Shown piece after piece: positions 11,901-25,100 of a stretch of DNA of 64,000 nt. The first letter of the stretch is position 1; the number at the start of each line of letters is the position of its first letter. Location of the stretch: contig NW_003314277.1 in NCBI RefSeq assembly GCF_000143415.4, forward strand, positions 197,183 to 261,182, written 5' to 3'. The notes beneath the pieces are model-generated. The model was not told the DNA's origin. It worked only from the letters and a program-made list of their open reading frames with translations, and ran no database searches. Made by a program: the position numbers and the translations under genes. Source of the stretch: Selaginella moellendorffii. Lineage: Eukaryota; Plantae; Lycopodiophyta.

Positions 11901-13682
11901 TTCTTCCGTTTTTGTCTTTTTGTCACTCTTCACCGAGAGTAAGCACAAAAAGGCTGCCTTAGTTCCTTTAGTGAGTTGTCCTCTCGTGGACACCAGGTTT
12001 AAGCATGACTCTTTGGCCTTGCTTTGCCCTACCTTTAGATCCTGGGCCTCCACCCTAGATCTTCTTCCTTGGGCATTCGCCAATACCACAAGGTTCCTAC
12101 CTTGTCCATGTAGGGCTACCACGAACCGATTAAACCAATCCATTCCGAAGATCACGTCAAATCCCGCCATGTCCAAGACGGTGAAATCCATGTCCACTTT
12201 CCATGTCCCCACTTCGACTCTCGCTTGTCGAAGTACCTCATCGGTGCTTTGGCTACCTTGAACAAACTCTATAGTCCTTGGTTCGCCTAGCCGCTGCACC
12301 GTTAGTCCGGCTTGCCGGACTATGTCTGCAGCCACAAAATTATCCGAAGCACCCGTGTCAATAAGGATCTTAACAAAGCTACCTCCGAGCTTCCCTCGGA
12401 GGGCTAGTAGATGTCGCGAACGACTCTCTACCAAAGTTGCTCGTGTAATGAGTAACTTTGAGTTAGGGACTGGATCACATACCTCAGTTTGGACTTCACC
12501 CGACTTGATGGCCATATTGGCTCTGGCCTTCTTCGGGTAGGGACATTCCCTCGAGAAGTGTCCCGCTTCGCCGCAGTTGTAGCATACGTTGTTGCCCACG
12601 CTGCTATACGACTTGACCTTCTTATCCGTGGGTTTGTCTTTTTTCGCTTGACTTCCCCACGTACTCGCTCGCTGGCCACCGGATTTGCCTTTCCGGAACC
12701 CCGAGGACTCATTCTTAGAGAAACTCTTCTTGAATTTCCCCTTGCTATATGTTCCCCTCGGTTTGGCCCCTTTGTGAAACGTGGATCCCGACCCTGTCGT
12801 GTTCCCCTTTCGCAGGTTATCGTTGAAATGCATCTTGATGGCCGCATCCAACGCTTCCTTGTAGTTGGTCGGGTTCCAGCGCATCACCTCACCGCGAGCC
12901 CAGGTTTGCAAACCTGATATAAAGGCATGGAACGCATCCATATCCCCCATGTCCGTGACAAGTATCCTCTTCGCCATGAACCCATTCACATATTCCTGGA
13001 TGGTTCCAGTCTGCTTCAGCCTACTCAACTCATCTCTCAGATGCAGAGTGGCATTCGGAGGAACGTATGTCGCGCGGATCCTCGCCTTCATCATGTCCCA
13101 GGTGGCCACCGGTCCTTCGTTGGCCTCCGTTGTTCTCCACCAAGACTTGGCATTATCTGCCAAGTATGGTTTGGCACATGGGACCTTCTCCGAGCTCGGT
13201 AACCGCAACGCTCGGAAGTAGTCCTCCATATCATAAAACCAATCCTCCACAACCTTATAGTCGTTCACTCCCTTGAACACCGGTGGGGGCTTTGGTTTGT
13301 ACTTGGGAACTGCCTGAGGGACTGATTCCACTTCGGTCTGTTCGACCTTGTCTGGTTTTGCCTCAGTCCCTGCCGAAGGGTCCGCACCTTCTGCGCTGCC
13401 AGCATCCGCAGTCTTTCGCTTTTTCTTCCGCTTCTCGTCACGCTTTAACTTGCGTACGAGAGTCTCCAGCAGGGCATTGGTCTGTGCCAACTGTCCTTCT
13501 AGCACGTCCAATCGAGCCTTGGACGACCGAACCTCGCCACCGGACTCCTGTTTGGAAGTTTCCTCACTGGAGTCCTCCTCATGCAAGGATTCCTCATCCA
13601 TAGCCTCTTGTTCAACCGGAGGCTCCAGCTCCGGCGGAGGTTCCGTCTCCGCCTGGGTTCGCTTACGCCCTGCCCTTGCCAT
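8910..13682 (-). CDS. Gag-Pol polyprotein, spliced: exons 13682-9809, 9761-9344, 9291-8910 (1557 aa)
   Basis: Zinc knuckle [14 protein letters not shown], protease LIDTGA, RT YIDD, RNase H TDASD/HEKEL, integrase HHCC and DDE core, chromodomain YEVEAIL...VKWKGF...TWEP. Splicing restores HPQT-DGQTER and LTQR-FAGPY in frame. Confidence 0.9.
9292..9343 (-). other. 52-nt GT-AG intron just before the integrase GPY/F motif (phase 2)
   Basis: Minus strand CAAAG|GTAAAA...TAAGCAG|GTTC. AT-rich. Removal joins ORF 9340-9768 to ORF 8910-9314 in frame. Confidence 0.85.
9762..9808 (-). other. 47-nt GT-AG intron in the integrase catalytic core (phase 1)
   Basis: Minus strand ACAG|GTAATG...CACTAAC...TTGACAG|ACGG: canonical donor, branch point and acceptor. 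Contains an in-frame stop if unspliced. Confidence 0.88.
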
Positions 13683-13726
13683 CTCCCAGCAATCCGCCTC
13701 TATCCTTCGCTAGAACTGAGATAAAG

Positions 13727-13738
13727 GCTCCGATACCA
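13727..13738 (-). promoter_or_regulatory. Primer-binding site (tRNA-iMet type) of element A
   Basis: Minus TGGTATCGGAGC, 3 nt from the 5' LTR end. Confidence 0.9.
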
Positions 13739-13741
13739 AAT

Positions 13742-14889
13742 TGTAAGCCACAAATTTTTCCTTTCCAATTTGCCAGCTTACCTCGTCTATCCGTCCAACA
13801 CTGCCTTGGCTTTTGCTAAGTTCCCTTGCCAAGGTTCTCGCCTATGGTACCAGCTCCTACTTGGTTTCAGCTACTCACTGCACGAGCAACGGAGTGTTAG
13901 CCATCCTTCCACGGATTCCCAAATCACTCCCAATCCCCCTCCCCGGGTTAGACTGGACTTAAGGTTCGGCTACACTCCCCGCAAGCACAAGCAGCCAAGC
14001 ACACCAAGCTTCCTGGTTCCTAACATCCCTTGGTACCACAAGACTTGATCATGGGACCCTCTAAATCCCAAGTCTTGAGTGCAACACTTGCTTCGGGACG
14101 CCGGGGCGAAACACCGTGGCCTAACGGCCCGGCATGGGTACCTCTCGCCCCCCACTTCCATCCCGAAGGAAGGCCCAAGCCCCTAGAAGGGCGAGGACCA
14201 ATGAGCCGCATGGTACTCAAGTGGGGCACCACTCCACATGAGCCGGGAGCACCGCAATCGGTTTCCCTTTGGGGAGTGGGAGCTGCTCTTGAGCACTTCC
14301 TTGGATGGCCCCTCCGGCACCAACCAAGTCCATGCTCACTCCCACCCAAGGCCCCTCGGTCCCAGTCCCAACCTCAAGTCAGTTTGGGAGCCCCACTGGA
14401 GAGTCCCTTCTAAACTGGTTCCTGGACCTCACTATCCCTACTATACTTTTGGAACCCCCTGCAGCCCCCCCCCCCCTGGGGGACGCACGCTTTGGGCTTT
14501 CACCCCTTGACCCGTATTAGTATTTGGACTTAGTCTCTGGCTCGATCTCGGATCCGATTTCGGATCCGACTTCGGATTCGGTCTCGGACTCGATCGCGGA
14601 CTCGATCTCGGACCCGATCTCGGGCCCGACCTCGGACTCGACTTCGGACTCGGTCTCGGACCCGATTTCGGATCTTGGACTTCGTCTCGAACTCGGTCTC
14701 GAACTCGGACTCGAACTCGGTCCCCGAGTCGGTCTTGGACTCGATTCCGGACTCTATCTCGAACTCGGTCCTAGAGTCGGTCTTGGACTCGATCTTTGAC
14801 TTGGTCCCATCCGATGAACTCTTTGTCATTTTGGTCATGCTTTCGGGGTTCCCTTAGCCTACGACACCTCGGCGAGTTGGTTCCTTACA
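13742..14889 (-). repeat. 5' LTR of element A (1148 bp)
   Basis: Near-identical to 7360-8506. Adjacent PBS. Confidence 0.96.
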
Positions 14890-14950
14890 CATTTTTGGAC
14901 TTGGCTAATCCACTGATTCGCAAGGTCCCACTTTTGAGGTGGCAGCTCAC

Positions 14951-16103
14951 TGTAAGCCACAAATTTTTCCTTTCCAATTTGCCAGTTTACCTCATTTATC
15001 CGACCAACACTGCCTTGGCTTTTGCTAAGTTCCCTCGCCAAGGTTCCCGCCTATTGTACTAGCTCCTACTTGGTTCTACTTGGTTTCAGCTACTCACTGC
15101 ACGAGCAACAGAGCATTAGCCATCCATCCACGGATTCTCAAATCTCTCCCAATCCCCCTCCTTGGGTTAGACTAGACTTAAGTTTCGGCTACACTCCCTG
15201 CAGGCACAAACAGCCAAGCACACCAAGCCTCCAAATTCCTAACATCCCTTGGTATAACAAAACTTGATCATAGGGCCCTCTAAATCCTAAACCTTGGGTG
15301 TAACACTTGCTTCGGGACGTCAGGGCGAAACACCGTGGCCTAACGGCCCGGTATGGGTACCTCTATGCCCCCACTTCCATCCCGAAGGGAAGGTCCAAGC
15401 CCCTAGGAAGGGCGAGGACCAATGAGCCGCATGGTACTTAAGTGGGGCACCACTCCACATGAGCTAGGAGCACCACAGTCGGTTTCCCTTTCGGGAGTGA
15501 GAGCTGCTCTTGAGCACTTCCTTGGATAGCCCCTCCGGCACCAACCAAATCCATGCTCACTCCCACCCAAGGCCCCTCGGTCCCAGTCCCAACCTCAAGT
15601 CAGTTTGGAAGCCCCACTGGAGAGTTCCTTCAAAACTGGTTCCTGGACCTCACTATCCCTACTATACTTTTGGAACCCCCTGCAGCCCCCCACCCCCCCC
15701 CCTGGGAGACGCACGCTTTGGGCTTTCACCCCTTGACCTGTATTAGTACTCGGACTTAGTCTCTGGCTTGATCTCGGATTCGACTTCGGATTCGGTCTCG
15801 GACTCGATCTCGGACCCGATCTCGGACCCGATCTCGGACCCGTCCTCAGACTCGACCTCAGTCTCGGTCTCGGACCCGATTTCGGATCTCGGACTCCGTC
15901 TCGAGCTCGGTCTTGAACTCGGTCTTGAACTCGGTCTCTGAGTCGGTCTTGGACTCGATTCCGGACTCTATCTCAAACTCGGTCTTAGAGTCGGTCTTGG
16001 ACTCAATCTTAGACTTGGTCTCATCCAATGAACTCTTTATCATTTTGGTCAAGCTTTCGGGGCTCCTTTAGCCTACGACACCTCAGCGAGTTGGTTCCTT
16101 ACA
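14951..16103 (-). mobile_element. Isolated, more diverged family A LTR without matching TSD
   Basis: TGTAAGCC...CCTTACA full-length homolog of the A LTRs. Flanks CTCAC and ATTTC differ and come from different elements. Confidence 0.9.
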
Positions 16104-19100
16104 ATTTCATCCCACTTGAATCTCAATATCAACAATGTCAATAATAAGGCATCACTTCAATACCATCAACACCAAAACAAGACTAGAAGAAAGCAAAAGT
16201 GAACCACCACTCAAAACTCTTTAACAACTAAGGTAACCAAGGTTAAAGATACTTTACTTAATATCTAAGACCAATCTTTCAGCAAAACTCAGTTGCAAAT
16301 AACACTTCATTAAAGAGTGAACCACCACATCCAAGACTTAATGAAATCCAACACCATGAACTAAACACAACCAAATGACATTAATAAAGGAATCGACATG
16401 CCAACATGTAAAAATCATACAAGCCACGACACGATCCTTTGCAACACCATCTGATAAAGCAAGACTATCACTGCTAAATCATCATCGAGTGAAGTAAGTG
16501 TCAATAGAGATTTACAACACGCAATACCACTAACTTTTATTCATAATATGGACAAACTCATGCCACTCTCTTTTCAACCAAACTCAAAACTAATCCAACA
16601 CCAAGAAGCAATAGCAAGGTTTCCCGGAAAAGAATTAAATATTACAGCCTAAGTCTTCCAATAGCAAGCTTAGATAAAATGGTATAACTCTTCACCACTA
16701 TCCATCCCTTGACTCATTATTTGTAAGATCATCATAACCAACATGCATCAAGATAGGGATTCTTGATTGCATGATGTGAACATGAGCAATGAGTCAACAC
16801 CTCATTGCAAATCATCTCTCCAAGAAGAGAAAATGATTCACAGTGCTTTCGGTCCAATCCAAAAAAAGTTTATGAGAGAGCATGGCAATGACTACCTAAA
16901 CCAATAGATTAATCTCTACAGTCTTGGTTGATCCAATAATAATCATGCCTAAAAAGGATCCAGTAGTGCCAGTAGCAAACCCAGGAAAGGTTTACTTTCA
17001 CCCATAGTACATGGAACAACTCATGAAACCACCGATAAGATAACATTAATCCTACCAACTCAAAGTGTAAACTTGAGTTGCTAATGTGCCTCACTCATGA
17101 GCCCAAGTGTAAACTCGTGCAAACAAAAATCTCACATTCATCTTATGAGCCCAAGAGCAAGCTCATACAATGCGGTACAAAAAGGTAACTAAAATTTATA
17201 CCCAAGGAACGATTGTGAAGCCTTTGCATCCAAACGTGTACCCAGTCAATGCAATGAGATTAATTGCCCAATCTCATTGGATAGTACCCACTAAGACTCA
17301 TCCTTTGATACTAAATGTAGCGCACGTTTGACCCTTTATCCTATGGTGATTTACCATAGGATAACATCATGAAGTGAAACCTAAACCCTCCATGTGCCAC
17401 ATGTCCAAAGGACAGTGGTGTGGAACCCGAGGTTCAGGGCTTTAGGCCACTGAACAAAAGAACAATACCAAACTCCCAAGTATGGAGCCAAGAAGTGACG
17501 AAACTAGACCATAAAACAACTCCTGAACATACAGCCCAAGGAGCAAAGGGATAGGAACCCGAAGCAAATTGAAACAATCCTAGAGCAACCAACATCCCAA
17601 TGCTAGGATCAGCACGCAAAATGGAACCAAATGGAGTTTGGCGTTATTTCAGCATACTAGTGGCCTAACGCAAAGACATGGGTACTCCACCAGCTAGCAT
17701 AGAATGGAACTTGGGCTTAGACCCAAGCCAGACGTAAAACAAAGACAAGTACACAAGTGAGAGCTAAACTATGGCTCAGTGGTCGGTTATACCTAACTGA
17801 CCTACTGTAGCGCACGTGGTTTTGACCCTTTATCCTATGGTGATTTACCATAGGATAACACCACGAAGCGGAACCTAAACCCTCTATGTGCCACATGACA
17901 GATGCCACATGTCACATGCCACGTGTCCATGCCACGTGTCCATAGGAACTTGAGGTTCAGGGCCTTGGGCCACTGAACGAAGGAACGGTGCCAAACTCCC
18001 AAGCATGGAGCCGAGAAGTAATGGAACCGAACCATGGAGCAACTCCTGAGCATAAAGCCCAAGGAGCGAAGGAACATGAGCCCGAAGCGACTTGGAACAG
18101 TCCTAGAGTAACCAGCATCCCAATGCCAGGACCAGCACGCAAAACGGAGCCAAACAGAGTCTGGCGCTATTTCGGCATATTGGTGGCCTAACGCAAGGGT
18201 ATGGGTACTCCACCAACTAGCATGGAATGGAACTTGGGCTTAGACCCAAGCCGGACGCAGAACAAGGACAAGCACGCAAGCAAGAGCTAGACTATGCCTC
18301 AGGTTGGTCGCCCATGCCCAACCTACCCACTATCCCTACTATACATTTGGAACCCCCCACAACCCCCCCCCCCCCTTGAGGAACACACACTTTGGGCTTT
18401 CACCCCAAGCCTCCCTTAGTATCAAGAGTTAGTCTCTGGGACAAGTTCAAAACTTACTAAATATAGAATGTCCTTAGATTGCGAATTTGCGAATTTGGAC
18501 ACGGGACGAACACCATTGTGTTCAGGACAATCTTTACATTCCGCAGATATGCCAAATGAGCAAATCTAGACACTTTCCATAAATAGCATTTGGGACCGAA
18601 ATGAGACTAACACAAAGGGTATGATAGCAAGAGTGTTTGGCAGACACGGTAAGCTATCATGTAGTGATATTGAGGGACCAATCTCAATACGCGAGGGTTC
18701 TTGTCAAGCCAGTGCAAGACAGAGCAAAAGAGAACTAACAAGCCAGGCCAAGTATGCTCAGCTAAATAGACACTTAGGAATTCCTTCCTTATGCTCATCC
18801 GGCCAAGTGCAGATGCAAAGTCCAATTTACTAACACTTGAACAAGAGGGCTAATAAAGGAAACCAGCAATACTGACCTCCTGCCATTGTGGCAGTAAGGT
18901 AAGAGTGTCCGTAAGGACTAGTTGATAGGTAACTTTCGATACCTGAAGTCACATTCGCAACATTCTCCCCCCCTAGGGAAAATCGACGTCCTCGTCGATG
19001 CATACTCGAGTCTAAAATACCGCCAAGGAAACAACTCCCAAAAAGTTCACGGTATTCACACTATGTGAGAAATGTACCAACTTAAATGAGTTAGGAGATA

Positions 19101-22100
19101 ACCTCTTTGTCTAACACGGATGCGCTATCAGCTCAGACACCTTTCGGCCGTCGCCGACAAGGAAATGACTAACGGAGTCAGCCACCCTTGCTACTCTGGG
19201 AGTCACCCAGCTTACAAAAGTGTGATACGCCCTTACCCGCAGGGACATAGAGAGAGAAGCCAAAGGCCCCAACCCTCCTAAGCAAAGAAACCAAACTCGT
19301 CGGTAAGGTTTAGATAGACTACTGTAAACAAACAGTTAGAATTGTTTACACGGTCACGCCCTTTTAACGGAATAAGGAACATCAACAGAGAGGCAGGTTA
19401 TGTGACCAGTCGACAGTAGCTACCCCATGACTAAAGATTTCACCATGCACACGAAGTGCCGAAGCCAGTCTGCCTATACTGGCCCAAACTCAAAGATCAA
19501 TAGATGGACAATATCAAAGTCAGAGACAATGATATCTTAGAAGCTTAATTATCAGTGATTATATCTTAGAGTAGAACACAAAAGTATTCTAAGTAAGTTA
19601 TCATCCAATAAACCAGTATGATAGTGAAGGAACCACCAAGATCATCATAATTGGTAAACATAGGATTCACCATCAAACAAAATTCAATAGCAAGTATGTT
19701 ATCAAGTAAACTCAATGATAAAGTTTAACTATTAAAGATTGTAGACAGAATGCCAAACAACTTACGAAAAATAACTCAAAGAACACAAAGTATCATTGAC
19801 TGACAAGCAAAATGCTCGCGAATGTATCACCCAAAGAAAATAACATCCAAATCTATCAAAACTAACTTGAGCAACAATGAACAAAAGAGAATGAATGCGG
19901 TAAGACTAATAAACACTCATTCCTGTCAACTATCACAAAAGCCAATTTGAATAAATCTCAACCAACAATACCAAAGAACTTAAGTTGCCTAAGCAAGTGT
20001 CAGCAACATCTTACCGATGTCTCAAACCCAAGAGACCAATCCAGAGCAAACCACAAAGAACATGTGGTATTACAAAAAGCCAGAAGCCATCAAAGAGAAG
20101 AACTAACTATCATAAAAGATCATCAACTATCCCATCAATAAAGAGATGCATAATCATCATTGAAGAAAGAATCTACCATCCTGAAGAACGGCAACTCAAT
20201 CTATACCAACAATAATCAAGCAAAACCTTTTTGACAAGGATAATCAACTATCCCAGATGATAGTCAATCATCGCTAATGATTGCTAGATGCAAAAGCCAA
20301 CTTCAACATCGAAGCTAATGAGCTAAAATGCCTTCCCCAACAACTTCTAACAAATGGAACAATGAGCATAAAACTCAAAGAACCAAAAGCTTGAAGAAGC
20401 CTATAGCTAAGTCTTGCCTACAATGATCACAAGCTTTGCATAAACTAACTTTAATGCTAAAGAAGAAATCATGGTATAACTCACAATATCCTCCTCAACA
20501 CATTCATAAGCTAAACTTCATAATGCAAAGCTAATGAAGAGCACATTTGCATCAATCCAAAAGCTAAGCATAACGAAGCTATGCTCAACAAGTGATCATC
20601 TAACCGATCCTCCATGAATTCATCTATAGCAAGACGTAACTCACTTCATAACAAGCACAAGAAGAATTATCAATGATCAATATATTTCAACTCAAATCCA
20701 ATAAGGATTCAAACACTTCAATATCGATCACTAACTTTTCCTCTTGTAAAGTTAGCATAGTCCATGACTAAAATCACTTTTCAAGGAAAAGTCAAAGCTC
20801 AACCTCTACTAAACAATCTCGTCTAGAACACAACTAACTCAAACTTGCCACTCAGCTTGTTTGAACGTCAACATAGTTGCTAACTAGCAAATGCACGAAT
20901 GCTAATAACACAAAGCCATAGCTAAATCATGAGCACTATCTTCATTAAGACTAATGAAACTCAATATCAATCCTAAGGAGAAACATCTCATCTCACTTGA
21001 ATCTTAACATCAATAATATCAATGACAAGGCATCACTTCAATGCCATCGACACTATAACAAAGCTAGAAGAAAGCACGAGTGTATCACCACTCAAAGCTC
21101 TCTAGCAACCAAGCTAACCAAGATCAAAGATACTTTAGTTAGTATCTGAGACCAATCCTTTAGCAAAACTCAGTTACAGATAACACTTCCTCAAGGAGTG
21201 AATCACTACGTCCAAGACTCAATGAAATCCAACACTATGAACTAAACACAACCAAATAATATCAATAAAGGTAGAGTCGACATGCTAACATGGAAAACCC
21301 ATGTAAGTCTAACGACACGATCCTCCGCAACACCATCCGGTAAAGCAAACCCATCACTGCTAAATCATCATCGAGCGAAGCAAGTATCAGAGGTCCTTGA
21401 CGAAGTTTACAAGCAATCACTAGTCACAAAGCAACTAACAACCACTCTTCAACTTGTCTCCACAAGACCCAAACATTAAACTCATGCCATTGAGTCATAT
21501 ACTTGTCCAACATGAACGTGATACCCTAAGTCAAGATAAAGGTTCATTGACAAGCACAAACTAAATGACCATTCGAATTCAACTCAACTGTAATAAGCTC
21601 ACCAACATGTCTAGTCAATAACTCTGAGCATGCCTTTGAAGAGGCTAGCTATACATGACCAACACTTAGTCGAAGCTAAAGTGAAGACCATGAGATGGAC
21701 TCATATCAGTACACAACCTCCACTTAGACAAAGCTATAGTACGGGTACCAACATCTCAACTACAAACAACTAAGTTGGACATCACCACCCTCAGCCAAGG
21801 CGTAGGGACACCAAGACTAAGTCAAGATGAGTGAGAGCTCACTACTCTCATAGAGTCTAACGAAATGCAAAGTGCAACTTGCCACCAAGCAGAACGCTAC
21901 AGAAGAAAGGCACAAGGGTTATCCTTCTTAGAAAAGTGCAACAGCCATTTTTCTACACCAACTCCAAACTTTATCCAACTCAATTGCTTTAGCTTCAAAA
22001 GTCAGCATCCCTTTTGGGCCGCATCATACAAACTATTTACTAAGGTCTAAGCCAACCGAAGTTAACTCCAACCCTTTCACTAGTTTGTACTGGCTTACGA

Positions 22101-25100
22101 AAACAGAATGGTTTTCGGGCAATGTGATCAATAGATCAGCCATTGGAAAAGCCTAAGAAAATTTGTGGAAAAATTTCCATCCTAGAGAAAGAATGACTCT
22201 TAGTCTAGAAATACAAACTTCCAAGACTCAACCAACTTCCTCCTACTAACAACTTCACATAGGTTCACCTTAACACAAATTCTCATGACCTATAGTATGC
22301 TTAACCCTCGAACATCTTTTGCCCATACCTCCGACATCCAAGTCCGACATTCGCAAAAATGCAAAATGAGCATCCAAGGCTTGATCATGAAGACCAGATT
22401 TTCGAATATCCACATTGCACTAACACTCTTCTTCAACCACCTTCAAGATCCAATGTGAAGCTAAAACACTAACAAGAAAAATGACATGGAAAATCAAGCT
22501 CTAAGGAAACTTCCTTATCACTTAAAATAACAATGCCACTTCCACTAACACAAGTGCTAGTAATGTCAATGCCTCAACCTCACACCTTCTCTATCCAACA
22601 ATTTACTCCAAGTATTAACAGATTAACTAATGAGCTATAGCAAATGAATGTTACAACCCTTTCCAACAGCTTATGGGCAAACCCTCAAGAAAACAAGGAA
22701 CAAAGAACCAACTTAAGCTTAGCATAATGAACCACCATCGACAATCTAGTCAAAGCTACTACAATGCTACTTCGTGCAAGTAAACTAGCTTCACCATCAA
22801 CCACTTTGGGGTTGATTATCGTTTAACCAAGCAACTTCGTAAACACATTACTCATTATCACATGGATATGATATAGAAATCACAATGACTTGATCATCAA
22901 TTGAGCAACACCATGAGCAACACCCATGTCATTACTTCAAAGGTTTATGTGAGTATCAAGTGTCAACTCGATTCAACAAAATGTAACATAAATGCTACAC
23001 TCCACTGATAGAGACTTACAACACCCAACACCACTAACTTTTGTTCACAACACGGACAAGCTCATGCCACTTTCTTTCCGACCAAACTCAAAACTAGTCC
23101 AACACCAAGCTATTCAAGGAGTAATAGCAAGATTCCCCAGAAAAGAATTGAGCATTGCAACCCAAGTCTTCCAATAGCAAGTCTAGACAAAATGGTTTAG
23201 CGCTTCACCGCTATCCATCCCATAACTCACCATTGTAAGACCATCATCTCCAAGATGCATCAAGGTAGGGACTTTTGATTGCATGATGTGAACACGAGCA
23301 ATGAGTCACACCTCGTTACAAATCATCTCTCCAAGAAGAGAAGATGATTTACGTGTTTGATCCTTCGTCCCCGACAACTCTCTTTTCGGTCTTATCTTTG
23401 ATTAAACCTCAAACTTGCTTTTGCACTGCCTTCAGTCCAATCTAAGAAAAGTTTATGAGAGAGCATGACAATGACTATCTGAACCAATAGACTAATCCCT
23501 ACAGTCTTGGTTGATTCACTTGTAATCATGCCTAGGAAGGATCCACTAACACCGTGCTAAACAACTATGGACCAGCCTATTTGCTACTTTCACCCATGGT
23601 ACATGGAACAACTCATGGAACCACCAATAGGCTAACATTAATTCTGCCAACTCAAAGTGTAACCTTGAGTTGGTAATGTGCCTCACTCACGAGTCCAAGC
23701 TCAAACTCGTGAGAATGGAATAACTCAATCCTTTTTGTGAGCCCAAGCTCAAGCTCACAACATATGGTACAACAAGGTAACCAAATCCATACCCAAGGAA
23801 CAAATGCGAAGCCTTTGCACCCAAATGTGTACCCACTCGGATCATTGTGTTCATCTCTGCGTATGCAACGAGACTAGTTGCCCAATCTCATTGTATAGTA
23901 CTCATTGAGACTCATCCGCTGATACCAAATGTAGCGCACGTGGTTTTGACCCTTTATCCTATGGTGATTTACCATAGGATAACACCACGAAGCGGAACCT
24001 AAACCCTCTATGTGCCACATGACAGATGCCACATGTCACATGCCACGTGTCCATAGGAACCCGAGGTTCAGGGCCTTGGGCCACTGAACGAAGGAATGGT
24101 GCCAAACTCCCAAGCATGGAGCGGAGAAGTGATGGAACCGAACCATGGAGCAACTCCCGAGCATAAAGCCCAAGGAGCGAAGGAACAGGAGCCCGAAGCG
24201 ACTTGGAACAGTCCTAGAGTAACCAGCATCCCAATGCCAGGACTAGCACGCAAAACGGAGCCAAACAGAGTCTGGCGCTATTTCGGCATACCGGTGGCCT
24301 AACACGAGGGTATGGGTACTCCACCAACTAGCATGGAATGGAACTTGGGCTTAGACCCAAGTCAGACGCAGAACAAGGACAGGCACGCAAGCAGGAGCTA
24401 GACTATGCCTCAAGTTGGTCGCCCATGCCCAACCTACCCACTATCCCTACTATACATTTGGAACCCCCCCCCCCCCCCCCTCCCTTGAGGAACACACGCT
24501 TTGGGCTTTCACCCCAAGCCTCCCTTAGTTTCAAGAGTTAGTCTCTGGGACAAGCTCAAAACTTACTAAATATGGAATGTCCTTAGATTGCAAATTTGGA
24601 CACGGGATGAACACCATTGTGTTCAGGACGATCTCTACATTCCCGTAGATATGCCAAATGAGCAAATCTAGACACTTTCCATAAATAGCATTTGGGACCG
24701 AAATGAGACTAACACAAAGGGTATGATAGCGAGGGTGTTTGGTAGACACGGTAAGCTATCATGTAGCAATATTGAGGGACCAATCTCAATACGCAAGGGT
24801 TTTTGTCAAGCCAGTGCAAGACAGAGCAAAAGAGAACTAACAAGCCGGGCCAAGTATGCTTAGCTAAATAGACACTTAGGAATTCCTTCCTTATGCTCAT
24901 CCGACCAAGTACAGATGCAAAGTCCAGTTTACTAACACTTGAACAAGAGGGGCCAATAAAGGGAACCAGCAATACCGACCTCCTGCCATCGTGGTAGTAA
25001 GGTAAGAGTGTCCGTAAGGACTAGTCGACAGGTAACTTTCGATACCCGAAGTCATATTTGCGACACCTACCCATTATCCCTATTATACATTTGGAACCCC

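Larger units (their letters stand above)
7360..14889 (-). mobile_element. Full-length young Ty3/gypsy chromovirus LTR retrotransposon (family A)
   Basis: LTRs 7360-8506 and 13742-14889 (TGTAAG...CTTACA, about 4 C/T differences plus 1 poly-C indel seen by eye). TSD CATTT at 7355-7359 and 14890-14894. PBS, PPT and Gag-PR-RT-RH-IN-chromodomain present. Confidence 0.97.
3109..14950 (-). mobile_element. Older degenerate chromovirus-like gypsy element (family C): 3' LTR 3109-4096, PPT 4097-4108, decayed internal region 4109-7359 and 14895-14950, interrupted by element A
   Basis: TG...CA LTR with a hexamer array like family A. Same PPT (minus GGGTGGTGGAGT). HEKELY RNase H remnant near 7110. 3' UTR homologous to 8570-8800. 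Confidence 0.7.
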
